Shown here: positions 1 to 11,979 of the stretch, in pieces
Numbering within the stretch: position 1 is the first letter of the stretch
How the letters are laid out: every line of letters begins with the position of its first letter
Assembly (NCBI GenBank): GCA_013265495.1
Contig: MU058531.1
Location: 124,001 to 188,000 of the forward strand
DNA length: 64,000 nucleotides
Direction: 5' to 3'
Origin: Vicugna vicugna
Lineage: Eukaryota
Notes under the pieces: model-generated
Told to the model about the DNA's origin: nothing
Database searches by the model: none
The model's input: only the letters and a program-made list of their open reading frames with translations
Translations under genes and position numbers: made by a program

Positions 1-1463
1 TTCTGAGCACTGACTAATTATGATTTGGTGAAGGGGGAGATGGAGTGTGGCTGCCTAGAAATTTGATAAGCTATAATCAGGGTCACCCCAAGTACTAGGC
101 ATAATTTTAGGAATGGAGCTGGATTTAGCAAAATTAGTAGTCTTATTATCTAGCATTTATTGAGTTCTTGCATGTGATACACTGTACTAAGTGTGCTATA
201 AGTGTCATGTTTTTAATTAGCACAGTAGTCATGTGAGTTGGATACTATTATTATTCTCATATTTTGGATGAGGGAACTAAAGATTTGAGAGACTAATTTG
301 CCCAAGTTCACACAGCAGACAAACAGGTCTGGGTGGCTCTAGGACCTACACAATTTCTAACTCACTCAGCCGCAGTGTCTCCCAAAAGGTGACTTATCTG
401 CTATCACCTGCAGACTTTACACCATGGTTACAAATGCCTGATATATTCCACTGCCCACACAGAATTGTCTTTCACAATAATTATTGGGTCCTTTATTTCC
501 TCACTGAAATATTTTTTCAGCATCTTAGATTTTGGTTTCCAAAAGAGGCTTTTTTCCCTTTAAAAAAATTCCTAGCTATACCAAATCTCTATTTTGTAGA
601 TTTATTCAACAAATATTTTTAAATGATGCTACCATGTGCAATCCACGGTTCCAAGTTCCAGTGGTGAGCAAGGCAAAAAGTCCCTTCCATCCTGGAGCAC
701 AATTCTTCTGGGGAGGGGAAAAGAAGACAGAAAATAGGTAAATAAATAAGTACAGACTGTGTTAAGTGACACAAAAATTAAACAAAATGATGTGAAAGAG
801 AATAACTGGAAGAAAGGGGCCAGTTTAGTTGAGGAAGCCACATTGATATGGTTCCTGAAGGTTGAGAGACTGAGATTCCAAGTATTGTGTAAAGAGATTT
901 GGAAGAGCATTGCAGCATATGGAAGAGGGGAAAAACGTGTATGTCTGTATCTGTGTGTATGCGTGTGTACACACACACACAAATACACACACATATATTC
1001 TCTTCATCATCAAAGGTCCAGTATTTGGGGGATGCTGGTGAACAGGGTGTATGCATGTTCCTTTGAAATGCGAGCAGTGGAAGGGAGAGTCTTCTATTGG
1101 GGTCCCAGCATTCAAGATATTCCACTGGTCTTATAGCTTCCTTGTTTTCTGGGTGAAGTGCCCTCTGAATACTGAAGGTTCTTCAACTGCAAATAATAAA
1201 AGCCACTTTAACTCATTTCAGCATAAAATGAATGAATACAGGGAACTGGGTGAAGAAAAATCACTGGCAAGGCTGAAGGCAGAGCCTTTAGGTGGGGCTC
1301 TCAGTAATGAGCTCCAGAATTCCACTACAGGATCAGCTTCCTAAGGGAACTGCTATAAGGAAGCTGCTATTTCTCGTACAACAGTAAACCAAGAAATCAG
1401 GGCGTCACTGATTTTACTGTCTGGTCTGGGACTGACTGTTTCAGGCTCAACTGAAACCTACAA

Positions 1464-1609
1464 TAGCTCACAGTGAAAAAAAAATGTGACAATGAATATA
1501 TGCATGTTCATGTATAACAGAAAAATTGTGCTCTACACTGGAATTTGACACATTGTAAGCTGACTATAACTCAATAAAAATGTAAAAAAAAGAAAAAGAG
1601 AAAGAAAAA
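1464..1609 (+). mobile_element. Very short 5'-truncated L1 (3' UTR end plus A-rich tail)
   Basis: Matches the 3' end of the L1 copies at 10118 and 26122; AATAAA then A-rich tail; TSD GAAACCTACAA at 1453-1463 and 1610-1620. Confidence 0.9.
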
Positions 1610-2134
1610 GAAACCTACAAAATGCATGCTCTGTATTGTCTTTCCAAATCCATGATGTTCGAGACAAGACGTGCACTACCCACCAGACAAAACAGCAGAA
1701 GTGCAGCCTCCTCCTCAGTCTGTCCTTCCAGATGTTGCCTGAGTGCATCTGCTTGGCTGAGCTAAGTCATGTACAGGGACCCTGGGAAATGAAGTCTTCA
1801 ATTTTCTCACTTCTAGCATGCAATACGGCCTATTAGAAAGGGTTGAAATGAGCCTATCTATTTACCTGCCACAAACTTCAATAGAGAATTTTGATAATTA
1901 GGTGGCATGGTTTGCCTGAGACTTTTCTACTCAGGCTCTGGGACAGTTGGTTACCTAAGTAGCCAGGCTTGAAGCTCCCTGTAAATTCTTTCAGAGGGGC
2001 TGAAACTGAAAGCAGGACTAAGCAAGTAATAACAACAATGATATATGTCATGGTGTTTAGAGCTCCATCCCTGAAGTCATTCAGACATAGGTTTGAATCC
2101 CAGCTCCTCTTCTTCGCCAGTTTGTTCTTTTATA

Positions 2135-3145
2135 GAGCACTTTCCAATAGAATTCTGTGAAGAGGTAAATGCACTATATCTACACAGTGGTGATAATCAT
2201 CAGCCACGTGTGACTTTTGAGTACTTGATACATGGCTAATGCAACTGAACATCTGGATTTTAAATTGTATTTATGTTTTAATTAATTTACATTTTAGAAA
2301 ATTCACTTATTTTTAAAACCACTTTATTGAGCTATGATTGACATATAAAAATGTACATATTTAATGTAGACAAACTTGATGAGTTTGGAGATAAATACTG
2401 TGAAACTGTCACCACAGCCTTTGCCACAAATTTATCCATCACTTCCAAAAGTTTCCTTCTGCCCTCTTTCTCTATTATTACATTATTATGATGATGATAA
2501 GAACATTTAATATAAGATCTACCTTCTTAGCAAATGTGTAAGTATACAGTACACTATTATTAAGTAAAGGCATTATGTTGTACAATAGAGCTCTAAGACT
2601 TGTCTTGCGTAACTGAAACTTTGTATCCTTTGACTAATACCTCCCATTTCTCTCTTCCTCCAGCCCCTGGCAATCACCACTGGACTCTGCTTCTGTGAGT
2701 TTGAGTATTTTAGATTCTTCATATAAGTGGTATCATGTAGTATTTGTCTTTCTGTGTCTGATTTATTTCACTTTGCATAATCTCTTCTAGGTTGCAAATG
2801 TCAGGATTTCCTCTTGTTTAAGGTTGAATAATATTCCATTGCATGTACATATCACATCTTTTTTTATCCATTCATCCATTGATGGACATTTAGGTTGCTT
2901 CAGTGTCCTGGCTACTGTAAAGAATGTTGTAATTGACATGGGGGTATAGATATCTCTTCAACATGCTGAGATTGGTTCCTTTGTGTATATAACCAGAAGT
3001 GGGATTGCCGGATCATATGGTAGTTCTGTTTTTAAGTTTTTGGAGAACCTTCATATTGTTTTTCATTGTAGCTGTACTACATTTAAATTTAAATAGCAAC
3101 ATGTGGCTATTACATGGCTAGAGGCTACTGTATTGGACAGCACTG
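2135..3145. mobile_element. MER3-like hAT MITE split by an old antisense L1 3' fragment (~2300-3078)
   Basis: Ends GAGCACTTTCCAATAG and TATTGGACAGCACTG resemble MER3 TIRs; the insert is a typical reverse-strand L1M 3' end; TACATTT at both junctions. Confidence 0.7.
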
Positions 3146-3544
3146 TATACAGTGGGGATAATAGCCTCATTACTGTATTTATACAACAAGTATTTATAGA
3201 GTATCTTCTGTGGGCACCTACAGGAATTCTGCTAGGGAAAAAACATCATGAAACTTACAACTAGTGAGGCAATCAGGCCTGTTTAACAGGTGAACAAATA
3301 AAAAAAAAACTACAGCTTATTGTTAGTAGTATAAAGGAAGTAAACAAGATAGAGCTTTGTAGAATAATGGTGGTGCATTCTTTAGATGAGGCATGAGGGG
3401 TAACCTCTTTCAAGAGATGGTAAATGACTCAAACTACCACCGCCTTCCAGCTCAGGGTGGCCATATACACAACTCTGGCCAATGAGATAGAAGTGGAAAT
3501 GAACCAAGCAATGTTTCAGGAAAGTTTTGGTTGTTCTCACAGAA

Positions 3545-4580
3545 AAGGAACTAGTGAATCAATCTGAGGACGCTCCCAAAGGCCAAAGATAGGACAATTT
3601 GAGCATCAATAAAGGCAATAACTACAATGTATTAAAACACAGCAAATATGTTTAAATCCATAAGTTCAAAAAAACAATTTTTTTAAAAAGCCTGACTGGT
3701 TATCATTGGAGGATACTAGTGAGTCAAGGCATTATTTAGAAAACTGGTAAACTAAGGAAAAGAATCAAGCATTTATCTTTTCCTTATTGTCTATACCCTC
3801 TTGGTAACCTAATATTAGAGGGAGGCAGTTTCCCTTTATAAAAATATTCCAGCTAATAAGTGAGGAAGGAATGACAGAATTAAAACACCACCACTTTGTA
3901 ACATAATTAATGGATCTAGACAGTAATCATCAAAAGCTGCTATTATTACAAAAAGAGAGATAATCAGACATTAGATACTTTCAGACAGCAGAACATAACA
4001 ACAAAAACCAAATCTGAATCTAATCAAAACTGTAGCTCCAACTACTAATGTGAGATACAGAGGACATCAATCTGAATGCAATTAGGAAAATCTAGGATGC
4101 AGGGAACTCTAGAGGGCAAAGAACCTGGTTTCTTCAAAAAGTAAGTTGGGCAGAAAAAAAAAAGATGAAGTAGGATCATACAGATCAAAAGGGACTTCAA
4201 GGACATATCAATTCCAAGTATTAGTCTTATTTGGATACTGTAAACTATAAAAAACACAACCTTTATGGGACGATTGGATATTTGAATACTGGATATTTGA
4301 TGATATTAAGGAACTGTTAATTTTTTGTGTGATAATGGTGTTGGGGTTATGTTTAAAAAGGAAGAACTTTATCTTTTAGTAAAATATTTGGAGAAAATGA
4401 TACAATTTCTGGGATTTGTTTCAAAATAAGAAGGGGAGAGGGAGAGGTGTGCGGAGAAGGTACAGATGAAATAGGACTGGCCACAGATTGATAATTATTA
4501 TAGCTCCATGCTGGATCCATGGAAGGGGGGGTGTCATACTCTTCTATTTTTTATGTTTGAAATTCTGCCTAATAAAAAGT
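3545..4580 (+). mobile_element. Old L1 (L1MC/MD-like) 3' UTR inserted in a MaLR LTR relic
   Basis: Characteristic L1MC-type 3' UTR text ending in AATAAAA at ~4571; MLT1-like sequence on both sides; by-eye recognition. Confidence 0.55.
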
Positions 4581-4899
4581 CACATAAAAAGTGGCCTTTG
4601 CTCCTTTACCATCCCCTTCTTCTGTCTGGATGAGGGAGTTAAGGCCTTAAGATGCACCTGCCATGTGTGACCATGAGGCAGCAAGTATGAAGTCAGACCT
4701 GAGAGGTCAACATAGGCAGGATGGTGGAGCTGAAAGACAGGAAGAGGCTGAGACCCTGCAATCTCATGTGCCAGCCCTAGAGTGCCCACGTCTGGAAATG
4801 TTATAAGAGATAAAACAAACCTCCATGTGCTTAAGCCTCTTTTGGATGAGGTTTCTTTTATTTGTGGGCAAGATTGTTCTTAGATCACACTGCTAAGAT

Positions 4900-6350
4900 C
4901 CAAAATATGAGAAGGAGCAATTTAGGTGAAGAGCAAAGCAGAGAGCACCACAGTCAGAGCCCCTGGATAGGAAAGAATTGGGAACTTACGGAAGGCCCGT
5001 GTGACTAGAGCATCAGGAGGGAGGAGGGGGTGGGTAAGGGAAGGTTGGAGGTTTAGACAGGGGCTTGAGGACTTGAGGCACGGTAGTCTATGGTAAGCAG
5101 TTAGGATTATTCCAAAGCATAATGGCAAACTGCTGACAGTCTGAAAGTAGATATATTTTTGTTTAGAAAGATAACTCTGCTACATAAAGAATGGACAGGG
5201 GCAGGGGCAAGAGGGAAACCTGGAGAGACCAAACAGGAGGCAGCTACACAGGTGAAAGATGATGGGAGTTTGGCCATGGAGATGGACAGTAATGGATAGT
5301 TTCAAGACCTACCTTAGAATTAAAATCAACAGAAATTATTAAATGAATTTATAAGATTAGGAAAGGGGAAAAGTCAAGGGTAGAATTGGAAGAGGTAAGC
5401 TTTGTATGCCAATTGGATATCCTAGCTACGGCACTTAGGCAGGTAGGTAAGTGAGTCTGGAGATGATAAGAGAGGATTGAACCACAAATATACATTTGGA
5501 AGCCATCAGCATAATATTGTATTAAAGCTTGTGATGGATGAGGTCACCTAGGGAAATAACGTAGGTATAGAAAAAATAGGACCCAGGGTTGAGTCTTGAG
5601 AAATATTAACATTTACATATGGAGTTGAAAAAGGAAAGGAGGTGAGGATGGAGACTCATAAAGGACAAGGAAAACCAGATTATGGTGTCACAGAAATGAA
5701 GAGTGGGGAATATTTCGGAGTCCAAGTTGGCCTCATGCAGCTGAGGAATGGAATAACAAGAAGACAATAAAGTGGACACTGCCATTGACAATAAGGTCAC
5801 CGGTGACCCTGACAAGAACAATCTCAGAAGAGTGGTGGGGCTGGAATCCTAATCTGAGTGAGCTGAAGAGATGAAGTAGAGATGGTGGTGTACAGAAACT
5901 TTCTGGAGAATCTTCCATAAAAGAAGCAGAGAAACAAGGCAGTAACTGGGGGGAGTTTAAAGGTCAAAGGAAAGTTCTGAAAGACAAAGAGACAGTGGAG
6001 CCTATTTGAATGCTCCATTGGAATGATCCAGCGAGAGAGTAAATGGTGACTGGATCTAGAACACAAATGGAAGGACAGGTCTTTAATGGGAGGAGGGGCA
6101 CTTCCTCCATTGCTGAAAGAGCAAGGGAGAAGATGCAGATGCAGAGAGAAGTCTAGATTTGGTGACTGAAAGATGATGTAGTTTCCTTATCTTCTATCAG
6201 CGAAGTATGAGGTGAAGTCATCAGCTTACAGTGAGGGAAAGAGGGTCTGGGGAAGTTTAGAAGAGAGAAGAAGGGTATGATTTAGTGGAAAGTTCAGCTT
6301 ACTTCTGAAATTGCGAGGTAATATTTCTGAAATAGCCAGACAGTGTTGAG
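4900..6350 (-). mobile_element. Degraded L2 LINE
   Basis: Purine-rich reverse-complement L2-like sequence; by-eye recognition, approximate ends. Confidence 0.5.
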
Positions 6351-7819
6351 TGACCTCGTGAGGGTAGTGATAAGGGGTTTAAAGTTATTTGTGAGATGCT
6401 CAGGAAACATTAGCTATTATTATTCTTAAATGCCAGCTAAGTAAGGCTCATTTTAACCCTAACAACATACCTACAAAGTTAGGTGTTATTATCCTCATTT
6501 CAAAGAGGAGAAAATTCAGTGTCCACAAATTCAGTAAGTTGCTAAGAATCATACACTGGTTTAGGTGGTAGAGCTGGAATTTGGACCCTGACTGGGTACC
6601 CATAAAAGCCAGAGCTTTCCCCACTTAAGCAGGTAGCTTGAGGTAGTGCTGTCATTGTCATATCCAGCTGCAGAGTGTCTGGGGCACCGCCGGCAGCTGG
6701 AAGAGCACCAGCTGTCACAGATCACGCCTGGTCCTCTGAGCTAAAGCAGTTGAAGAAAATTCTGCCAGGATAAGCGTTCAGCTGTCATTCCTGTTGCTGC
6801 TCTGCAGAGATCACACATGTGACTTTGGATCAAAGTCAATGCCAATAATAAGCTACTGCTTTTTACATAGAAGCCAATTCAGCAGCTAGGGTAGGGGTGG
6901 CACTTGTTTTCATTGAGTGTCTCTCATTCAAATATCTTTCAAATTCCGTAGTGGATAGAAAAAGGTTTGTTTGTTTAGCGGCATTAAATAGCATTTGTGG
7001 ATCTGGAACTAGGACAGGGCTCAGGGGAACTAGCTTGTGTATTTCATGATGACTGGATGGTTGGGGTGGCTCAAACGGTTAAAGATGGCTGGGATGATTC
7101 AACTGGGGCCATATATCTGAGGCCTTAATTCTGGTTGCAGTTTGGTTCCTCAGTTTCTCATCACATTGTGTTTGCTGGAGCTGAAATGTCCAGGATGACT
7201 TCACTTCCATGTCTGGCACCTAGGTTGGGATGGGCTAGAGCAGCCTGGGCTGGCTGGTTATCGTTCTTTGTCCACATGACAACTCCGCTGGGCTAGCTTG
7301 GGCTGCCTCACAACACGGCAGTCTCTGGATAGTCAGGCTGATGTGGAGGCTGACTTCAAAAATGTATGTTCATACTGCTTTGATCAATCTACTTTATGGC
7401 ATAAAAGAATGTCATTGAGAAGACTGGTGCTGTGGTTTAGCCACTAAGTCATTAAGATTTGGATGTTTTTGAGAAGCATCACAGAAGTGTTTTTAATTCT
7501 TTCACCCTAAAATTAGATCAATGGCTGCACTGTGAAGTTAGGTCAACTGTAGGCCAAGGCTGGTTCATACTGGGTTGTACCTTCTTAACACTTGTCCTGC
7601 TGTCATCTTTAGTCTTCAGAGTACATGACTCAATCTGCCTGATCATGACTCAGCTATGATGGCTGACACTCCTGAAACTTTCACCTCTTTGGCATAAGCT
7701 AAAGCATGTTAGGTAAAGTTGTTATTGGACATATGAAGAGCCAGGAAAATGGCCTCATCTTGTAATGCATCTTTAAATTCTACTCATGGGGATTTATCTT
7801 AAGCTAAATTCAAAACATA

Positions 7820-7868
7820 TTTTATATATATTTTGTATGTATGTGTGTGTATATATATATATATATAT
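7820..7868. repeat. (TA)n/(TG)n microsatellite
   Basis: Directly visible dinucleotide runs; similar runs at ~969-992, ~14537-14558, ~52070-52118 and ~56154-56170. Confidence 0.85.
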
Positions 7869-7872
7869 AATG

Positions 7873-7976
7873 TTTATTTATTTATTTAATTTATTTTTAA
7901 TGGAGAGACTGGGGATTGAACCCAGGACCTCATGCATGCTAAGCAGGTGCTCTACCACTGAGCTATACTCACTCCC
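7873..7976 (-). mobile_element. tRNA-derived SINE (vic-1-like)
   Basis: Reverse complement has A box TAGCTCAGTGG, B box GGTTCAATCC and an A-rich tail; homologous to the other copies in the window. Confidence 0.88.
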
Positions 7977-8727
7977 TTCTTCTGTTCTCCATAGTGGCTG
8001 CACCAAATTACATTTCCACCAACAGTGTAGGAGGGTTCCCTTTTCTCCACACCCTCTCCAGCATTCATCATTTGTGGACTTTTTAATGATGGTCATTCCA
8101 ACTGGTGTGAGATGATATCTCATTGTAGTTTTGATTTGCATTTCTCTGATTAGTGATACTAAGCATTGTTTCATGTGCCTATTGGCCATCTGTATGTCTT
8201 CATTGGAGAAATTTCTGTTTAGGTCTTCTGCCCATTTTTTGATTGGGCTATTTGTTTTTTTGTTATTGAGTTGTATGAGCTGTTTGCATTTTCTGGAGGT
8301 TAAGCCCTTGTCAGTTGCACTGTTTGAAAATATTTCCTTCTATTTGGTAGGCTGTCTTTTCATTTTGTTCATGGTTTCCTTTGCTGTTCAAAAGCTTTTA
8401 AGTTTGATTAGGTTCCATTTGTTTATTTTTGCTTTAATTTCTACTGCCTTGGTAGACTGACCCAGGAAAACATTGCTACCATTTATGTCAGAGAATATTT
8501 TGCTTTTGTTCTCTTTTAGGAGATTTATGGTTTCCTGTCTTATGTTTAAGTCTTTAAGCCATTTTGAGATTATTTTTGTGTATGGTATGAGGGAGTGTTC
8601 TAACATCATTGGTTTACATGCAGCTGTCCAGCTTTCCCAACACCATTTGCCAAAGGGACTGTCTTTTCTCCATTGTATATTCTTGCCTCCTCTGTTGAAG
8701 ATTAATTGATCGTAGGTGTGTGGGTTC
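7977..8727 (-). mobile_element. L1 ORF2 C-terminal fragment (degraded)
   Basis: Minus-strand translations MNPHTYDQLIFNRGGKNIQW and [16 protein letters not shown]...[18 protein letters not shown] match L1 ORF2. Confidence 0.9.
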
Positions 8728-9069
8728 ATATAGGCTTTAAATTGATCATTCTGAAGACTACATCACAAGATGGAAAAATGTTTGTCATGTAATGTTAACT
8801 GATGAAAGAAACCTACTAATCATGTCTACCATTTATGACTATAAATCAAGCAAATATACTCAAAGATGAAGTGAGGAAGGGATAGGAAATAATCAAAATA
8901 GTTTGATTTCCTAGCATATTAAGTTTGTGGATGATATTTTTCTTTAATTTATATAAATGCTCCTGTAACTTTGAAGAAAAAATAGTATATGAAAATTATA
9001 ATGAAATTTTGTGTTTGAAATTTTGCCTTTGTTTTAGATTTCTTTGAATTCCTTAACTTTTCATTTTTT

Positions 9070-9600
9070 TGTAATATCTTAATGGAGATATTATTCATAC
9101 ACCATACAATTAACTCATTTAAAGGATAAAATTCAATGGCTTTTAGTATATTCATAGAATTACCCAATCATCATCAAAATCAATTTTAAAACATTTCATC
9201 ACTCCAAAATGAAACCCCATACCTATTAGCAGTCACTCTCCATTTCCTCTTAACCCCTAGCCCTAGGCAAACACACTAATCTACTTTCTGTCTCTACAGA
9301 TTTGCCTATTCTAGACATTTCACATAAATGGAATCATAAAATATGTGGTCTTTTATGACTGGCTTTTTACTTAATATAATGTTTTCAAGGTTCATCCATG
9401 TTGTAGTATGCACCAGTACTTCATTCCTTTTTATTGCTGAATAATATTCCATTGCATAGATATACCACATTCTATTTATCCATTCATCAGTTGATGGACA
9501 TCTGTGTTGTTTCCACTTTGGAGCTATTAAGAATAATGCTGCTATGAATGTTTACATATAAATTTTTATGTGAATGTAAGTTTTCATTTCTCTTAATTAT
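9070..9600 (-). mobile_element. Old L1MB-like 3' end
   Basis: Typical antisense L1M 3' text (CTACTTTCTGTCTCTA, AATAATATTCCATTG, CCATTCATCAGTTGATGGACA). Confidence 0.7.
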
Positions 9601-10117
9601 ATATTGGCTTTTAAAGTATAAAAATGCAAAGGGGCTTGAAGAATAATTTGGGGGCATTGGATAGTCCATTTCATAATCGTGGTAGTGGTTCCATATCTGT
9701 ATATATTGGTCAAAATTCATTAAACTGTATACTTAAATGTATTTGTATTTATGTTATATCTCAGCAAAGCCAACCCCCAAAATAAAGGATGGAATGGTAG
9801 GGAGACAGATTTGGAAGCTTATTAACATATAATGGCTTAACATTATATAATGCTTTTCTGTATACCAATATTTTCACATGCATTGTCTCAATAAAACAAA
9901 CAAAATCTATGATGATTTCAATAAGCCAGTGAGATAAGTAAGAAGGTATTATTATGTTCACTTTAGATATCAGGAATTTAGACCTACAGAGTTTGGTTAT
10001 GTGGATTGTCCAATATCACAGAGCTGCTAAGCAGCAGAGGCTGAATTTCTCCCACTTTCCACCTCTGCAGCTTTCAAATACTTCACCAAATTTGCTCACA
10101 AAAATTGAAGGAAGAAG

Positions 10118-10969
10118 CAATATCACTAATTATCAGAGAAATGCAAATCAAAATTACAATGAGGTATCACCTCACACCAGTCAGAATGGCCATCATTCAA
10201 AAATCCACAAATGACAAACGCTGGAGAGGCTGTGGAGAAAAGGGAACCCTCCTACACTGCTGGTGGGAATGCAGTTTGGTGCAGCCACTATGGAAAACAG
10301 TATGGAGATTCTTCAAAAGACTAGGAATAGACTTACTATATGACCCAGGAATCTTGCTCCTGGGCTTATATCCAGAAGAAACCCTACTTCAGGATGACAC
10401 CTGCACTCCAATGTTCATAGCAGCACTATTTACAATAGCCAAGACATGGAAACAGCCTAAATGTCCATCAACGGATGACTGGATAAAGAAGATGTGGTAT
10501 ATTTATACAATGGAATACTACTCAGCCATAAAAACCAACAACATAACGCCATTTGCAGCAACATGGATGCTGCTGGAGAATGTCATTCTAAGTGAAGTAA
10601 GCCAGAAAGAGAAAGAAAAATACCACATGAGATTGCTCATATGTGGAACCCCCCCAAAAAAAACAAAAACAAAAAAACAAAGCATAAATACAAAACAGAA
10701 ATAGACTCATAGACATAGAATACAAACTTGTGGTTGCCAAGGGGGTGGAGGGCAGGAAGGGATAGACAGGATTTTAAAATTGTAGAATAGATGAACAAGA
10801 TTATACTGTAAAGCACAGGGAAATATACACAAGATCTTATGGTAGCTCACAGAGAAAAAAATGTGACTGAATATATATATGTCCATGTATAACTGAAAAA
10901 TTGTGCTCTACACTGAAATTTGACACAACATTGTAAAATGATTATAAATCAATAAAAAATGTTAAAAAA
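10118..10969 (+). mobile_element. 5'-truncated young-family L1 (ORF2 cysteine-rich C-terminus plus 3' UTR)
   Basis: Translation nearly identical to the end of the 26091-28412 ORF; poly-A; imperfect TSD AAAATTGAAGGAAGA (10101) / AAAGTTGAAGGAGGA (~10970). Confidence 0.92.
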
Positions 10970-11979
10970 AAAGTTGAAGGAGGAAGAAGCTACAGCTGTA
11001 CAGATTGCATATTTGGACACAGAATAAAGACATTCCCCTACATGCTGGGTCTTCTATGATGCACAATAAAAATGAAAAAGTGATGACTTAAATCACAGTA
11101 ACTAGAACAGAACCTCTGAAAAGCCAGACATTTAAAAATATCCCACCTTTGACTGCCACGCTCTTTTAAGTTGCTCTAACACTTGAACTTTGATTTTACT
11201 GAGAATGGAATGTTCTATAGCTCTTCCTGTTTTTACCAGTTTCTGCGCGTCCTATGCTGATGTGCTCAGATCCACTGTTTGCCGTGCGCCCCCCTGCTTG
11301 GTGGGCACGAGGGCTGGTTCCTGCAGGCTGGCTCTCTCTGGCTCCAGGGTCATTTATCTTCTCACTGGCTTATTTGATGGGAGGCACTGGTGAGAACTGC
11401 AGTCTTCTCCTTTCCTTGCTGCCTAAGGGGCTTGCTTGCCTTGACTGTATCTTCTGCTGGGTGGTCTGAACTCCTGGGCTCTGATTAAACCACCTTCTCC
11501 CAATGTTTTGCCAACCTAAGGGTGGTGATGGCTTCGTGCTGTTGCTAATGTCTGCACTGCCTCACTGTCCTCTGATTAGCTTCTCTGCCTCTTCTTTCCT
11601 GCACCACAGCTCCTCTCTTCTGAACACTCTCTCCTCCTGGTTGGACCTTGAATGATAGACTGTCTGTGATGCTGGCGCAGGATTGGACCCTAAGACTGCA
11701 TCTGAAAACAATTTTAAGATTTTAACCACTTCCCTTGGCATCTCTCTCTAGCCCACTCCTCAGGCACATTTAGATATGACATTTATTATTCCATTGTGGA
11801 TGAGCATATTTGTGTCAGAAACACAACCTCTACAAAATTATAGTTTATCAAATCAGCTGGCCTGTGATCATCTAACAGCTGAAAAAATGTATTTAATAGG
11901 TCTGGAATCTGAATAAACATTTAGCTGCCCATCAGTCATATACCATTTAGCACGTTAAATTAGGATAGGGGAGGTTTTA

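Noticed and set aside
629..1136. Overlapping 96-125 aa ORFs on both strands
   Set aside because: They run through a (CA)/(TG) microsatellite, lack recognisable protein features and show no splice structure
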